Source of the DNA: Candidatus Zhuqueibacterota bacterium
GTDB lineage: Bacteria > BS750m-G25
Reading direction: 5' to 3'
Length of the DNA stretch: 64,000 nucleotides
Assembly (NCBI GenBank): GCA_016783505.1
Contig: JADHWK010000002.1
Span: forward strand, 1-64,000
Under the pieces are notes generated by a model. The model did not search any database, was not told the origin of the DNA, and saw only the letters and a list, made by a program, of their open reading frames with translations. Positions 1 to 9,714 of the stretch are shown one piece after another; position 1 is the first letter of the stretch, and each line of letters starts with the position of its first letter. The position numbers and the translations under genes are program-made.

Positions 1-111
1 TTCCATCTCTATCTGAAAGAAATCGAGTGGAGATTCAATCACAGAGATGAAAACTTGCTAAAAATCTTAAGAAAATACTTGAATCAGCCAGTTATCAAAG
101 AACAATTTTAG
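1..111 (+). mobile_element. 3' end of IS1595-family (ISXO2-like) transposase, cut by window edge
   Basis: Frame 1 reads FHLYLKEIEWRFNHRDENLLKILRKYLNQPVIKEQF*; YLxExxxRFN is the IS1595 C-terminal motif. Confidence 0.8.
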
Positions 112-403
112 TGCAACTTTAGTGGTCAATTACCAAAAAGATCAATACTAACACTGTATTTGAAGCTGTCTTTAATGCTTCAAGGTGCAACCTGGAAGCA
201 ACAGAATTCGAGTTTATGTTTATATAAACCCCGAGGTTTCGGGGTAACTCCGCTTGGAGTGAATTGTAGACCGATACTACACCCTACGGGTGTATTGCTA
301 ATACTTGATACCTCAAATTACGGCGTATCATTAACCCCCCTGTTACAAACAGTGTGAGAGCGCTTCTTGGAAGTCAAAAGGATAATTTTGCACCAAAAAC
401 CAA

Positions 404-1744
404 TTAGAACTCTGTAGTGCTGGAGAATGTAAATTGACTTATTTTCATGGCGGGCACCACGAACCCGCCCCCGAAGAAGGCAGAGGTAAAAACTCGCTCC
501 CTGGAGATTAATTCTACCCTGCCCAAGGCTTTTAGAACACTTTCAGTAAACCGAAGATTTTTCAGTGGGTAGGCGATCTCCCCGTGTTTAATCCAGAAGG
601 TCCCGTCCCGGGTCATCCCCGTCAGCACCATTTTTTTTGGGTCAATGACATTGGTGTAATGAAAATGAGTCACCAAAATACCTTTATCAGTAGAAGCGAT
701 CATTTCTTCAAGGGAGGAAGTCCCTGCCGAGAGGACCAGATTCAGGGGGATGGGGCCCATGGTATTAGGCTGGGGCAGGGCGTGGCCGGTGGAATCCATC
801 CCCGCCTTCTGGCCCGTGATCCGGTCGTGGACGACTCCCCTGGCCGTCCCTTTTTCCACCAGCACCACTGGCTGGCGGGGCAGACCCTCAAAATCAAAGG
901 CCAATCCGGGGTTCAGGGGATTGTAGGCGTCATCCACGATGGTGATCTTCTCGTCAAAGAGTTTCTCCCCAAATCGGTCTGAAAAGCAGCTCCGGCCCTC
1001 AACAAAGTTTAGCCCGCCGAAGGCTTCCCAGGCCATAAAGAGGAGAAATTCGGCCACCGCCGCCGGTTCCAAAACCACGGTATAGTCCCCAGGTTTTCTG
1101 TCCCTGGGACCTTGACTCTTTTCCGCCTTCTCAAGGGCCGTTTTACTTAATCGAGGGACGTCAATCTGGTTTACGTCTTTGTCCGTTCCCTCCGCCCAAC
1201 CCGACCCGTCCCCGGCGGTCACCGTGGCGCTGAAGGTGGCACCTGTCAGCTTTTGGAAGGCAAAAACGCCCTTTGAATTAGCCAGCCCCACTGCCTCTTC
1301 CCCATTAGAAAAGATACCAGCCGCCTGGAATTTTTTCCGTCGGCACCCCTCGGCAAGAAAGGCGATGCAGACAGCCCTCTCCTTGGGCCCCATAAGGGCT
1401 GTTTCGCCCACATGGGTTTGGACCGGTCGGTAGCTCTGTGAACCGATCAACGGTAAAAGTTCAAGATCCCGCTTTTGACAACGAGCCATCCTCTGGGCCG
1501 CGTCTACGATGGCTTTCAGGGAGTCGTCGTCGAATTTATTGGTTGTTGCCCGGCCTGCCCTTTTCCCTGTGATAGCCCGAATCGTAACGACACTGTTTTT
1601 CTGGGCCACGTTCTGGGTAATCACATTGTTGGAAAACCGGGTTATGGCCCCATCGGTTGCCGATAGGATGACCTCGGTTTCATCGGCATTTGAAAAGCCG
1701 AAAATTCGCTCGGCGATATGCTCAAATGTTTCTTCAGAAATCAT
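404..1744 (-). CDS. TldD/PmbA family protein (TldE/PmbA-like subunit)
   Basis: TRFSNNVITQN, YTVVLEPAAVAE, FDFEG, TGHA, TGMTRDGTF motifs; no HExxGH; start placed at MISEE. Confidence 0.88.
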   Translation of the reverse strand: MISEETFEHIAERIFGFSNADETEVILSATDGAITRFSNNVITQNVAQKNSVVTIRAITGKRAGRATTNKFDDDSLKAIVDAAQRMARCQKRDLELLPLIGSQSYRPVQTHVGETALMGPKERAVCIAFLAEGCRRKKFQAAGIFSNGEEAVGLANSKGVFAFQKLTGATFSATVTAGDGSGWAEGTDKDVNQIDVPRLSKTALEKAEKSQGPRDRKPGDYTVVLEPAAVAEFLLFMAWEAFGGLNFVEGRSCFSDRFGEKLFDEKITIVDDAYNPLNPGLAFDFEGLPRQPVVLVEKGTARGVVHDRITGQKAGMDSTGHALPQPNTMGPIPLNLVLSAGTSSLEEMIASTDKGILVTHFHYTNVIDPKKMVLTGMTRDGTFWIKHGEIAYPLKNLRFTESVLKALGRVELISRERVFTSAFFGGGFVVPAMKISQFTFSSTTEF

Positions 1745-1883
1745 AGTCGAAGTTTTCAACTTTACTTAATATAGATTTGCTTACCCAAAAGCCAATATAA
1801 CCCACCTGCCAAGCAACCTCATAACCCTCTTACAAGTTATAAGAAGTGATATTCTTTGAATTTACTATTCTGCCTGACATCAA

Positions 1884-1960
1884 GAGATTCTTCCCCCGAA
1901 ACTTCGGGGTCAGAATGACAATATTGGGAAGTGTCATTCTTAACGCAGTGAAGAATCTCA
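1884..1960. repeat. REP-like palindromic element (GATTCTTC..CAGAATGAC / GTCATTCT..ACGCAGTGAAGAATCTC)
   Basis: Inverted-repeat unit with a closely related copy at 3890-3946 and a partial copy near 1987-2002. Confidence 0.75.
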
Positions 1961-2061
1961 TTAGTTTCTTGATATTTTTCCAAATGAGATTCTTCAGAAT
2001 GATAGGTGAGTATCATTCGAAAGAGTATCGGCTTAGCCATATGAAGTTGACCACAAATCGG

Positions 2062-3504
2062 TCAGGCGCTCGGCTGATTTGTGGGCTGCTTCCAGCGGTT
2101 TTTTATCAAACTGACCCCGATGATGGCGAAAAGCGAAAGGAAAAACCCGGGGATTAACTCATAGAGGCTATTTTTCAAAACGGGAACATTATACCAGACC
2201 AAGACGGTGAGGGTGCCGGTGATCATCCCCGCCATAACCCCTTCCTTGGTGACTTTCTTCCACCATAGAGAAAGTAGGAGAGCCGGTCCGAAGCTGGCCC
2301 CCAGCCCGGCCCAGGCGTACAGCACCAACCAGTATACCAGCGATTCGGCCATCAGGGCTAAGATAAAGGCCACTATCCCGATGATGACCGTTGCCACTCT
2401 GCTGATGAGGACCAGCCTTTCCTGGGCGGCTCCCTTATTTATCATCTGCCGGTAGATGTCCTCGGAGATGGCCGAGGTGGTCACCAACAACTGGGAATCA
2501 GCGGTGGACATCATGGCGGCGATGGCCCCGGCAATAAGAATCCCCGCTATTCCCGAAGGAAGGAGATAGTTGGCCATGTAGGGCATAATCTGCTCCTGGT
2601 CCTGCACCACCTGTCCTAAAAGACCCAACCCAACGATCCCGATAAACACCGCTCCCCAGAAGGCCAGGATGGCCCAGCCCACGGCGATCAGGGTGCCCTG
2701 CCTTAAGCGTTGGGGATCCCGGATGGCCATGAACCGGGTCACCAGATGGGGCTGGCCCATATAACCCAATCCAATTCCCAATCCACCGATGACCGTCGCC
2801 AGCATCGGCCAGCCGCTCTGGCCCCCACCCACCAGAAGTAGGTCAGGATTGAGGGAGTTTAACGACTGGGCCAGTTTTCCCACCCCCCCCATTTCGATGA
2901 GACCGACGACGGGCAACAGCACTAATGTAAACACCATGAGCGACCCCTGGACTAAGTCGGTCCAAGCCACGGCAAAGAACCCCCCCATGATGGTATAAAA
3001 CAGGATAATACAGGCGCCGATCACCATCCCCCAGAACTGGCTAATACCAAAGGTGGCGTTTAAAACCTTCCCCGCCCCTAAGAACTGAGCCGCTACATAG
3101 AGGGCAAAGAAAAAGACAATGATGACAGTGGAAAGAATGCGCAAGGTGTGGGAGGAATCTTTAAACCGGGCCTCAAAGAAGTCGGGCAGCGTCAATGCGT
3201 TCAATCTGGCGCTCTGTAGCCTCAGCCGCTTGGCGATGAAGGTCCACGAGAAGAAGATGCCGAAGGTGCATCCCACCGCCGGCCAGATGGCCGAGAACCC
3301 CGAGGCCCAGGCCAGACCCGGCAGCCCGATCAAGAGCCAGGCACTCTCTCCCGAAGCCCGCTCGGAGAAAGCGACCACCCAATGGCCCAGCCTTCTCCCC
3401 GCCAGGATAAAATCCGCCAGGGTCCGGGTGAGCCTGAAGGTGAGGAAGCCGACCACTAAAACCAGGATTAAATACACGATAAAGCCGATGAGGGTCGCAT
3501 CCAT
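2062..3504 (-). CDS. putP: Sodium/proline (SSS family) symporter
   Basis: ~13 TM segments; AGRRLG, SGESAWLLIGLPG, GYMGQPH, AAMMSTADSQLL, YAWAGLGASFGP. Confidence 0.9.
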   Translation of the reverse strand: MDATLIGFIVYLILVLVVGFLTFRLTRTLADFILAGRRLGHWVVAFSERASGESAWLLIGLPGLAWASGFSAIWPAVGCTFGIFFSWTFIAKRLRLQSARLNALTLPDFFEARFKDSSHTLRILSTVIIVFFFALYVAAQFLGAGKVLNATFGISQFWGMVIGACIILFYTIMGGFFAVAWTDLVQGSLMVFTLVLLPVVGLIEMGGVGKLAQSLNSLNPDLLLVGGGQSGWPMLATVIGGLGIGLGYMGQPHLVTRFMAIRDPQRLRQGTLIAVGWAILAFWGAVFIGIVGLGLLGQVVQDQEQIMPYMANYLLPSGIAGILIAGAIAAMMSTADSQLLVTTSAISEDIYRQMINKGAAQERLVLISRVATVIIGIVAFILALMAESLVYWLVLYAWAGLGASFGPALLLSLWWKKVTKEGVMAGMITGTLTVLVWYNVPVLKNSLYELIPGFFLSLFAIIGVSLIKNRWKQPTNQPSA

Positions 3505-3608
3505 TATTGCTCCACCCTGGAATTATCGGTAAAAATATATATGCCGATAGTGAGAACCAACAATACCACAGTCGGCACCACCACCCAGAAAATGGTCCAA
3601 AAAGGCAT
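3504..3608 (-). CDS. 34-aa single-TM small protein, below the ORF-track cutoff
   Basis: MPFWTIFWVVVPTVVLLVLTIGIYIFTDNSRVEQ*; its TAA overlaps the putP ATG (TAATG); GAAGGGTGA upstream. Confidence 0.65.
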   Translation of the reverse strand: MPFWTIFWVVVPTVVLLVLTIGIYIFTDNSRVEQ

Positions 3609-3619
3609 GGCTCACCCTT

Positions 3620-3820
3620 CTATTTATACGTCTGAATAAACCTTGAAAACGACCTATCAAACGTCCTTTCCACATCATCTGGGAAAAAGCAGGCCGGCAG
3701 TTCTCTGGAGCGGAGATGATACTGGACGCATAAGCAGCAATTCCCCTTCTTATCACAACCGGGGTAAGAACAGTTGCAGAAATCCAGATTCTTATTTAGG
3801 TATTCACATTCTACCGCCAT
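3620..3820 (-). CDS. Small Cys-rich protein (DUF6485-like)
   Basis: CNCSYPGCDKKGNCCLCVQYH...ELPACFF...ERTFDRS; GGAGGAGG RBS. Confidence 0.75.
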   Translation of the reverse strand: MAVECEYLNKNLDFCNCSYPGCDKKGNCCLCVQYHLRSRELPACFFPDDVERTFDRSFSRFIQTYK

Positions 3821-3889
3821 ATCCCTCCTCCTTTCGATTTCAAAACGTCACTTCCCTATACTCTGCAAACGTAAATCTATGAGCGACAG

Positions 3890-3946
3890 GGATTCTTCAG
3901 AATGACAATATCGTGAGATGTCATTCTGAACGCAGTGAAGAATCTC
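3890..3946. repeat. REP-like palindromic element, second copy
   Basis: GATTCTTCAGAATGAC...GTCATTCTGAACGCAGTGAAGAATCTC. Confidence 0.75.
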
Positions 3947-3982
3947 TTTTCTCAAACCTCCACCCTCTGAATCGTAAAGTAT

Positions 3983-4816
3983 TCAAAACCACAGCCGGGT
4001 TCCCAGCATTAGGCTATTCAGACTATGATGGGGCGACCTAAGGGTTCGGAACCCCAGCCTGAATCCAGTTCTCCCATACAGGATTCCCACCCCCCCTTCC
4101 AGTTCCAAGAGCAACTTTTCGTTCAGAGAGGCAAATTGAACGCTCGCATCAATCATCCACGGGGGAACCGGGAAAACCTCCCCCGAAAAACCAAAGTCGG
4201 CCCCCACAAAATTCTCTTCCCCAGACAGCGTCTTGAATCCCATCTGGACATCAATCAAGACCGGTTCCCGGATCAGAAGGCTGTAGAGGAAATGACCCGA
4301 CAAAATTTGCATGCGGTCTTTATCCCCGTTCAACTGTTCAATGTACTGGTCAAAAGTGAAATCCACCCCGAACCGGGAGAGGAATTTGGCTTTACCGGCA
4401 AGAGAATATCCCATCAGGGAACGGGAAAGATACTGGTAATCGCCCCCAAATGTGAAGAAATAAGATTTATCCCGATAAAAGTCTAGTCGCGTGGCGAAAT
4501 TGTAACCGCCATCATAAGGATACGATAAGTAGTACCAACCCCTGTTGGAAGAATCCAGGGCAGATATTATTCCATAAAAGTTCTGTACCATAAAATCAGC
4601 GATTAAATCGGAAATCCAACCGTTATCTTCCTCCTCTTCATCCTCTTCACTCTTCTTTTTTCCCTTTTCCTTATCCTTAAAGTCTTTCTGAAATTCCCCC
4701 AACTTGCCCTTTTTTTCTTTTTCCTTTTTTGACTCATCCTCCTCCTGTGCCCACCCTACCCAAAGAGGAAACCAAAGAAATAGAAGGATTATGGTCAATA
4801 TTTTTGAGAAAGACAT
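3983..4816 (-). CDS. Hypothetical exported protein, probable outer-membrane beta-barrel
   Basis: Signal peptide, charged linker, amphipathic beta strands, C-terminal aromatic (..RLWF). Confidence 0.6.
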   Translation of the reverse strand: MSFSKILTIILLFLWFPLWVGWAQEEDESKKEKEKKGKLGEFQKDFKDKEKGKKKSEEDEEEEDNGWISDLIADFMVQNFYGIISALDSSNRGWYYLSYPYDGGYNFATRLDFYRDKSYFFTFGGDYQYLSRSLMGYSLAGKAKFLSRFGVDFTFDQYIEQLNGDKDRMQILSGHFLYSLLIREPVLIDVQMGFKTLSGEENFVGADFGFSGEVFPVPPWMIDASVQFASLNEKLLLELEGGVGILYGRTGFRLGFRTLRSPHHSLNSLMLGTRLWF

Positions 4817-4863
4817 TTACACCCCCTTAAATTTCATTCTCTTCCAAACAAATTATTCGAGCT

Positions 4864-5763
4864 TTAAACATATTTCAGCATCGCCTCTAATGCCCTTTGA
4901 GCAGACTTAATGATCCCCTCTGGCAGTTCGATGGCGTAGCGTTCCTCCTTCAGAGCGAGGTATACATCATTCAAGGTGGTTAGCTTCATATTTCGGCAGA
5001 TTTTGGCTGTACCGGCTGTATAAAACTCCTTCCCCGGATTCTCCTTCTTTAACCGATAGATGAGCCCTTCCTCTGTCCCTATGAGAAATCTCTTTTTATC
5101 CGATTCTTTTGCAAAGCTCACCATACCACTGGTTGACAGCACCTCATCGGCAAGGTCAATAACAGATGGATTACACTCTGGATGAACAAGAAGAAGGGCG
5201 TCGGGAAACCTTTCCTTTGCCAGAAGAACCTCTTCCTTTGTTATCCTTTCGTGGACATAGCAGAAGCCATTCCAGGGGATTATCTCTTTATTTACAAATC
5301 TCTGACAGTATGCAGCAAGATTCTTATCCGGGGTAAAAATAACCCTCTCTGCATCAATGTTTTTCACCACCTCTTTTGCATTTGCCGATGTGCAGCAGAC
5401 ATCAGATTCAGCCTTCACATCCGCATTAGTATTTACATAGGAGATCACCTTGGCTTCGGGATATTTTTCTTTCAGTGCCTTTAACTCCTCGCGGGTTATC
5501 ATATCCGCCATGGGACATCCTGCCTCCTTTCTTGGAAGGAGAACCCCCTTATCAGGTGAAAGTATCTTCGCAGTCTCCGCCATAAATTGAACACCACAGA
5601 AGACTATTATCTGGGCGTCAGTTTTTGCCGCCTTTTTTGCCAGTCCCAGGGAATCACCCAGGAAATCCGCGATATCCTGGACCTCCGGTCTCTGATAATT
5701 GTGGACCAGGATGACGGCATTTTTTTCTCTCTTCAGTCTGGCAATCTCTTCTACTATACTCAT
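4864..5763 (-). CDS. nadA: Quinolinate synthase A
   Basis: HNYQ, GDSL, FCGVxFMAETAK, AGCPMA, YVNT, CYVH, HPEC, STSGM. Confidence 0.96.
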   Translation of the reverse strand: MSIVEEIARLKREKNAVILVHNYQRPEVQDIADFLGDSLGLAKKAAKTDAQIIVFCGVQFMAETAKILSPDKGVLLPRKEAGCPMADMITREELKALKEKYPEAKVISYVNTNADVKAESDVCCTSANAKEVVKNIDAERVIFTPDKNLAAYCQRFVNKEIIPWNGFCYVHERITKEEVLLAKERFPDALLLVHPECNPSVIDLADEVLSTSGMVSFAKESDKKRFLIGTEEGLIYRLKKENPGKEFYTAGTAKICRNMKLTTLNDVYLALKEERYAIELPEGIIKSAQRALEAMLKYV

Positions 5764-6839
5764 TTTCCCTCCTTGGGGAACCTATATTTCTCAAGGGAAC
5801 CATAGAAGGCCTTCCAGAAGGGGTCAACTATAGGGTGCTCGAGTTTCCTCTCTCTTCCTCCATCCACCAGGACTATTCCCCCCTCGGGTTCTGTCATCTC
5901 CCCGACGATGGAGGACCTAATGGACTTTTGAGATAGGGCCTCAACCACTCCCTGGGCTTTGTGCTCACGACAGAGGATGATTAACGTTCCTTCGCTGATA
6001 GAGGCGTAGGGGTCAATACCAAAATATTGGCATATTTCAGTTACACAGTCTTCCACTACGATCTTATCCTTCTCTATCCTTGCTCCTAAGCCAGCAGCCT
6101 GAGCAAGCTCATGTAAGCCACCCCAGATTCCACACTCGGTGGCATCATGCATGGCACTAACCCCTTCTTCTCTCACTCCTACATCTACCGCGGTCAAGGC
6201 GTCCTCCACCACTGACATCATGTAAAATATTCGCTGGGCCTTCTGGCTGAAATCAGGATTAAACCTCTCTTCAATAAGATGGGGAAACATTGCGGAGAAA
6301 ATACCCACTGCTTCTATAGCAGGACCCTTAGTTATTATTATCTTGTCCCCAATTTTAGCAAATTTTGGGGTGACATATCCATTTTTGTGGCCCACAGCTA
6401 TTACTGTTGCCCCTCCGACCATAGGATAATGACAGTTTTCATACCTTGCAGTATGGCCACATATAACAGATATGCCTAACTTTTCACATTCAAGATGAAT
6501 AGTTTTCCAGACTATTTCCAATTCCTCTTTAGTCATCTCCATGGGAAGGTTCAGGTCTATGGAGAGGAATTTGGGGGCAAGTCCAGAAGTCACAACATCG
6601 GAAACTAAGATATGCAAAGCAAACCAGGCGGCTTTTTCCCACCCATATTCAGGAACAATAAATACCGGGTCTGTGGTCAATGCTACTGCTTTATCTCCTA
6701 TCTCCACAATTCCCACATCTACACCATGTTGAGGCCCAACCAATATTTTATCACTCTTTGCTCCAAGACGGGGAAAAATCAACTCGTTAAATATCCCTAG
6801 AGAAATTTTTCCTATGTCAGGAAGTTCCGCTTCTAACAT
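5760..6839 (-). CDS. AIR synthase family (HypE/ThiL-like) protein
   Basis: GPQHGVDVG, TTDP, CGHT, MHDATECG, ISEGTL; overlaps nadA start; start placed at MLEAE. Confidence 0.85.
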   Translation of the reverse strand: MLEAELPDIGKISLGIFNELIFPRLGAKSDKILVGPQHGVDVGIVEIGDKAVALTTDPVFIVPEYGWEKAAWFALHILVSDVVTSGLAPKFLSIDLNLPMEMTKEELEIVWKTIHLECEKLGISVICGHTARYENCHYPMVGGATVIAVGHKNGYVTPKFAKIGDKIIITKGPAIEAVGIFSAMFPHLIEERFNPDFSQKAQRIFYMMSVVEDALTAVDVGVREEGVSAMHDATECGIWGGLHELAQAAGLGARIEKDKIVVEDCVTEICQYFGIDPYASISEGTLIILCREHKAQGVVEALSQKSIRSSIVGEMTEPEGGIVLVDGGRERKLEHPIVDPFWKAFYGSLEKYRFPKEGK

Positions 6840-6879
6840 GATACCCTCCAAATTTAACAGAATATAGAAAATTTCCAAA

Positions 6880-6960
6880 TATAAGTTTCCTTACCACCTC
6901 TACGGCACCCATGGCATCATCGGCATATCCATCTGCGCCTATCTTTTTGGCAAATTTATG
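6880..6960 (-). pseudogene. C-terminal remnant of a cobalamin-binding corrinoid protein
   Basis: FAKKIGADGYADDAMGAVEVVRKL matches the FAxxIGADxY..DA..AV tail of B12-binding domains; rest absent. Confidence 0.7.
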
Positions 6961-7640
6961 ACTCTCTGGGCATCGCCAACGAAAACCTTCATCCCGTCTC
7001 TCTGAGGGCCTTAACAGATTTATCTGGTGATACATCTGCCCCTAGATTGATTATCTTAAGACACTTGATAAACCTTACCAGTTTATCACTTATCTAATAA
7101 AAACTGAAAAAACACCAATCACAGGAATTAAAGAAATCAGAATAGTAATTAGACTTTTCCACAATCTAACAGGAGTATAAAAACCACACCTGACAGCAGC
7201 CCTTCCTTATCTGCCGCAATCTCTTCTGTTGTCTTTCTCGGACTGGTAATAAATTTCCAAACATACAAAATAACTTTCTTCATTATATTTTTTTTTAGAA
7301 CATTACTTTGTTTTTTTTATGGATTCATCTCTCCATTGGATTTGGATATTAAATATAACTCCTCTTTCAAGCTGGGTTCGGAATTTCATAACGTTCGAGC
7401 ATCAAAAAGTCCCGATTTGTCGGGATTTGAGTGAGTCCCAATAAAACCAGGACAAATCTTCTATGTTGCACCAGCTTTATTAAACGCTGGTCAACTAATT
7501 TAATTCAAAGAGCAACCGACCTGTCAGTGACCCATCTTGGGACCGGTCAGGAAAAATTTTGCCTTTTTCGAGAAATCGGTCAGGCGTCAGTTAGGCACCT
7601 GACTAACCCGACTGAAAAGTGTTAGGCAAATATTTCATAC

Positions 7641-7988
7641 TTATAGAGATCTCCTTATTTCTTCGAGAGTCACTTTTGCCTCAGGGGTTTGAATATACTC
7701 CATAAGCTTATCGAGTTTTTCGCAAGGATACTCGTCACAATAAGCGCAGTTTTCGACATTCTTCTCAAACCCGCAACGTCTTACCTCACAAACTTCACAA
7801 AACTTGATTAATCTCTCCCCAACGGCGAGACATCCATCACAGTTAATATCCCCTGGCTTGAGTATTTCCTTCTCTGTTGACCAAGATTCAGCAACCTTTT
7901 TCCTCTCCTCGTCATCGTTTTTCTGCGTTGCAATAAATGCAGGGCAATCAGTACATATAATTCCACAAAAAGCAATCATCTTTTTCAT
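7641..7988 (-). CDS. Cys-rich DUF3795-like protein
   Basis: IAFCGIICTDCP, CDGC, CEVCEVRRC, NCAYCDEYPCEKL. Confidence 0.8.
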   Translation of the reverse strand: MKKMIAFCGIICTDCPAFIATQKNDDEERKKVAESWSTEKEILKPGDINCDGCLAVGERLIKFCEVCEVRRCGFEKNVENCAYCDEYPCEKLDKLMEYIQTPEAKVTLEEIRRSL

Positions 7989-8020
7989 GATTTCACCTCA
8001 TTTAAAAATGTTAATGGTTA

Positions 8021-9679
8021 CTACTCACTAAATAATTCTTCCCACTTGTAAGACGTCCACTGGCACAGGGGAGCTTCCCGAATCCTGTGAGCCAGATCCT
8101 CATAAGCCACATCAATAGTCATCTGATTAGGCTGAAAAATGATGCTGTGTTCGGTCCTGCGGCTGCCTGATGTCTGCAAAAGGTCAATCATCTCTTGCCT
8201 CCCGATGGTTCGACTGTAAGCAGCGAAACTGGTAAGTTTGTCTATCAAGTCGTGGTAGCGTCGTCCCCACTGGGCAGGCTGAGGTGAGGCGACCTGGTAC
8301 TTCAGAAAAGTATTGCAACAGACCAGGCAGTGCGGATCCGTGGGGGAAATTTCACCGGGATAGCGAATCACACTGCCGTAGTAATCATCCTCAAAAATCG
8401 CTGCAGGATAAGATTGACCCTGATAAGGGGAAACTACGTGAAGAATATTTCCCACACCCAAGGCGCCACCCGCTGGGGTGTTAAAAGAACGGATGATTTT
8501 TTCCGCTTCCACGATGGCATTCTCACCACTCACGGTCTCCAGAATCTCACGGACAATGAGGGACTTGGGCGTCAGGCCGGTTACGCCGGGGTCAGAGTCG
8601 GTATTGCCTTTGTGGGTAAAAACGCCGACACCAGACTCACTTATCCCGGAATAGGTGCCGATAAATCCGGGCCACATCACCGAAACCCACTTCTTTTTGT
8701 CAGGTGAAGAGGGTTCAATGGCAATGATCAACACTGAAAGCACGGTGGTTTTTCTGAGGTCAATTTCACCGTCCATGTCTCTGCCGAGGATCAGCCCACC
8801 TTTTAACTCATCATTCTGCGTCAAGGGCCCCCAGGCTGAGACGCTGGAACAGGACAGGGACAGCCATTCGCCATAGCAGTTGAGGGCCTTCAGGTCACTC
8901 TGCTTGACCTCCCTTCCTAGCGCCTCGATAATCATATCACAACCGGAGTCGCGCATCCCATGTAGCATCCCATCTAGTTCATCAATATCTGATGGCGAAA
9001 AGATAAAATTGGACTCAACGAAGGGAATGACCGTATTCTCATAATACGTAGCAGAGCGAGCACCAAACTCCACGCTAAAAAATTCGACCATATCCCTTAT
9101 CTGAGGACCCACGAGATACCCTTGGGCATATCCCTTTTCTCTGGGGGTGCCCCACAGATGCAGCATCTTCTTACCTTTGATGCTCTTAAGACAACCGTGC
9201 TCTATTCTCTTTTCTTCTTCGGGAAAAGGGGTGGGCTTCTTTAAAACTATGTTGATATTCTGCAGGTCATGTCCATTGGACATGGTCACGGGATCCAGTC
9301 CGCCACGGTCGGCGGAATACCAGCCTGTGGGTTCCGGGATATGGTAATCCACGACGCCGTTTCGATTCACATCCATCCAGATCCAGAGATAGTATGTGGA
9401 ATCGGCTATGTTGGATAACGTGTAGGGACCAAGCTCTTTTTGCTCAATTGTAGGGAAAGTAGTAAAGGGTTCCAATGCCCAAATATCAGGTAGTCTTTGA
9501 GCCTCCTTGGGCCAGGGGAAGGCTTTGACATAGATGGGGGCTCTTTCCGAACCCTGGTAGGATATCGTCCCTGAGATGGAACCCGCTTTGGTTGCTTTTT
9601 TTTGACATGATGAGTAAAAAACCACAGAGACTACTAAGGTTGCGGTTACAAAAAACAACTTCCCGACAGTCCTTTTCAT
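8021..9679 (-). CDS. Lipoprotein: Ig-like domain plus Cys-Ntn hydrolase (peptidase C45/AAT-like), paralogue 3
   Basis: Lipobox-like YSSC; WMDVNRNG; LHLWGT..GYAQG; CSSVSAWG; GRDMD; WPGFIGTYSG. Confidence 0.75.
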   Translation of the reverse strand: MKRTVGKLFFVTATLVVSVVFYSSCQKKATKAGSISGTISYQGSERAPIYVKAFPWPKEAQRLPDIWALEPFTTFPTIEQKELGPYTLSNIADSTYYLWIWMDVNRNGVVDYHIPEPTGWYSADRGGLDPVTMSNGHDLQNINIVLKKPTPFPEEEKRIEHGCLKSIKGKKMLHLWGTPREKGYAQGYLVGPQIRDMVEFFSVEFGARSATYYENTVIPFVESNFIFSPSDIDELDGMLHGMRDSGCDMIIEALGREVKQSDLKALNCYGEWLSLSCSSVSAWGPLTQNDELKGGLILGRDMDGEIDLRKTTVLSVLIIAIEPSSPDKKKWVSVMWPGFIGTYSGISESGVGVFTHKGNTDSDPGVTGLTPKSLIVREILETVSGENAIVEAEKIIRSFNTPAGGALGVGNILHVVSPYQGQSYPAAIFEDDYYGSVIRYPGEISPTDPHCLVCCNTFLKYQVASPQPAQWGRRYHDLIDKLTSFAAYSRTIGRQEMIDLLQTSGSRRTEHSIIFQPNQMTIDVAYEDLAHRIREAPLCQWTSYKWEELFSE

Positions 9680-9714
9680 TTTCCCACCCCTAACTGATTG
9701 GTCATCAGTCTACT

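Noticed and set aside
160-357. 65-aa ORF after the IS end
   Set aside because: TTG start, no motifs, and it spans a repeat palindrome.
1837-2157. Short ORFs between tldE and putP
   Set aside because: Translations of REP-like palindromes.
7385-7627. Full attC downstream of the DUF3795 gene
   Set aside because: GCCTAAC and GTTATGA cores exist on the minus strand, but they are ~240 bp apart, interrupted by other repeats and without clear inner arms.
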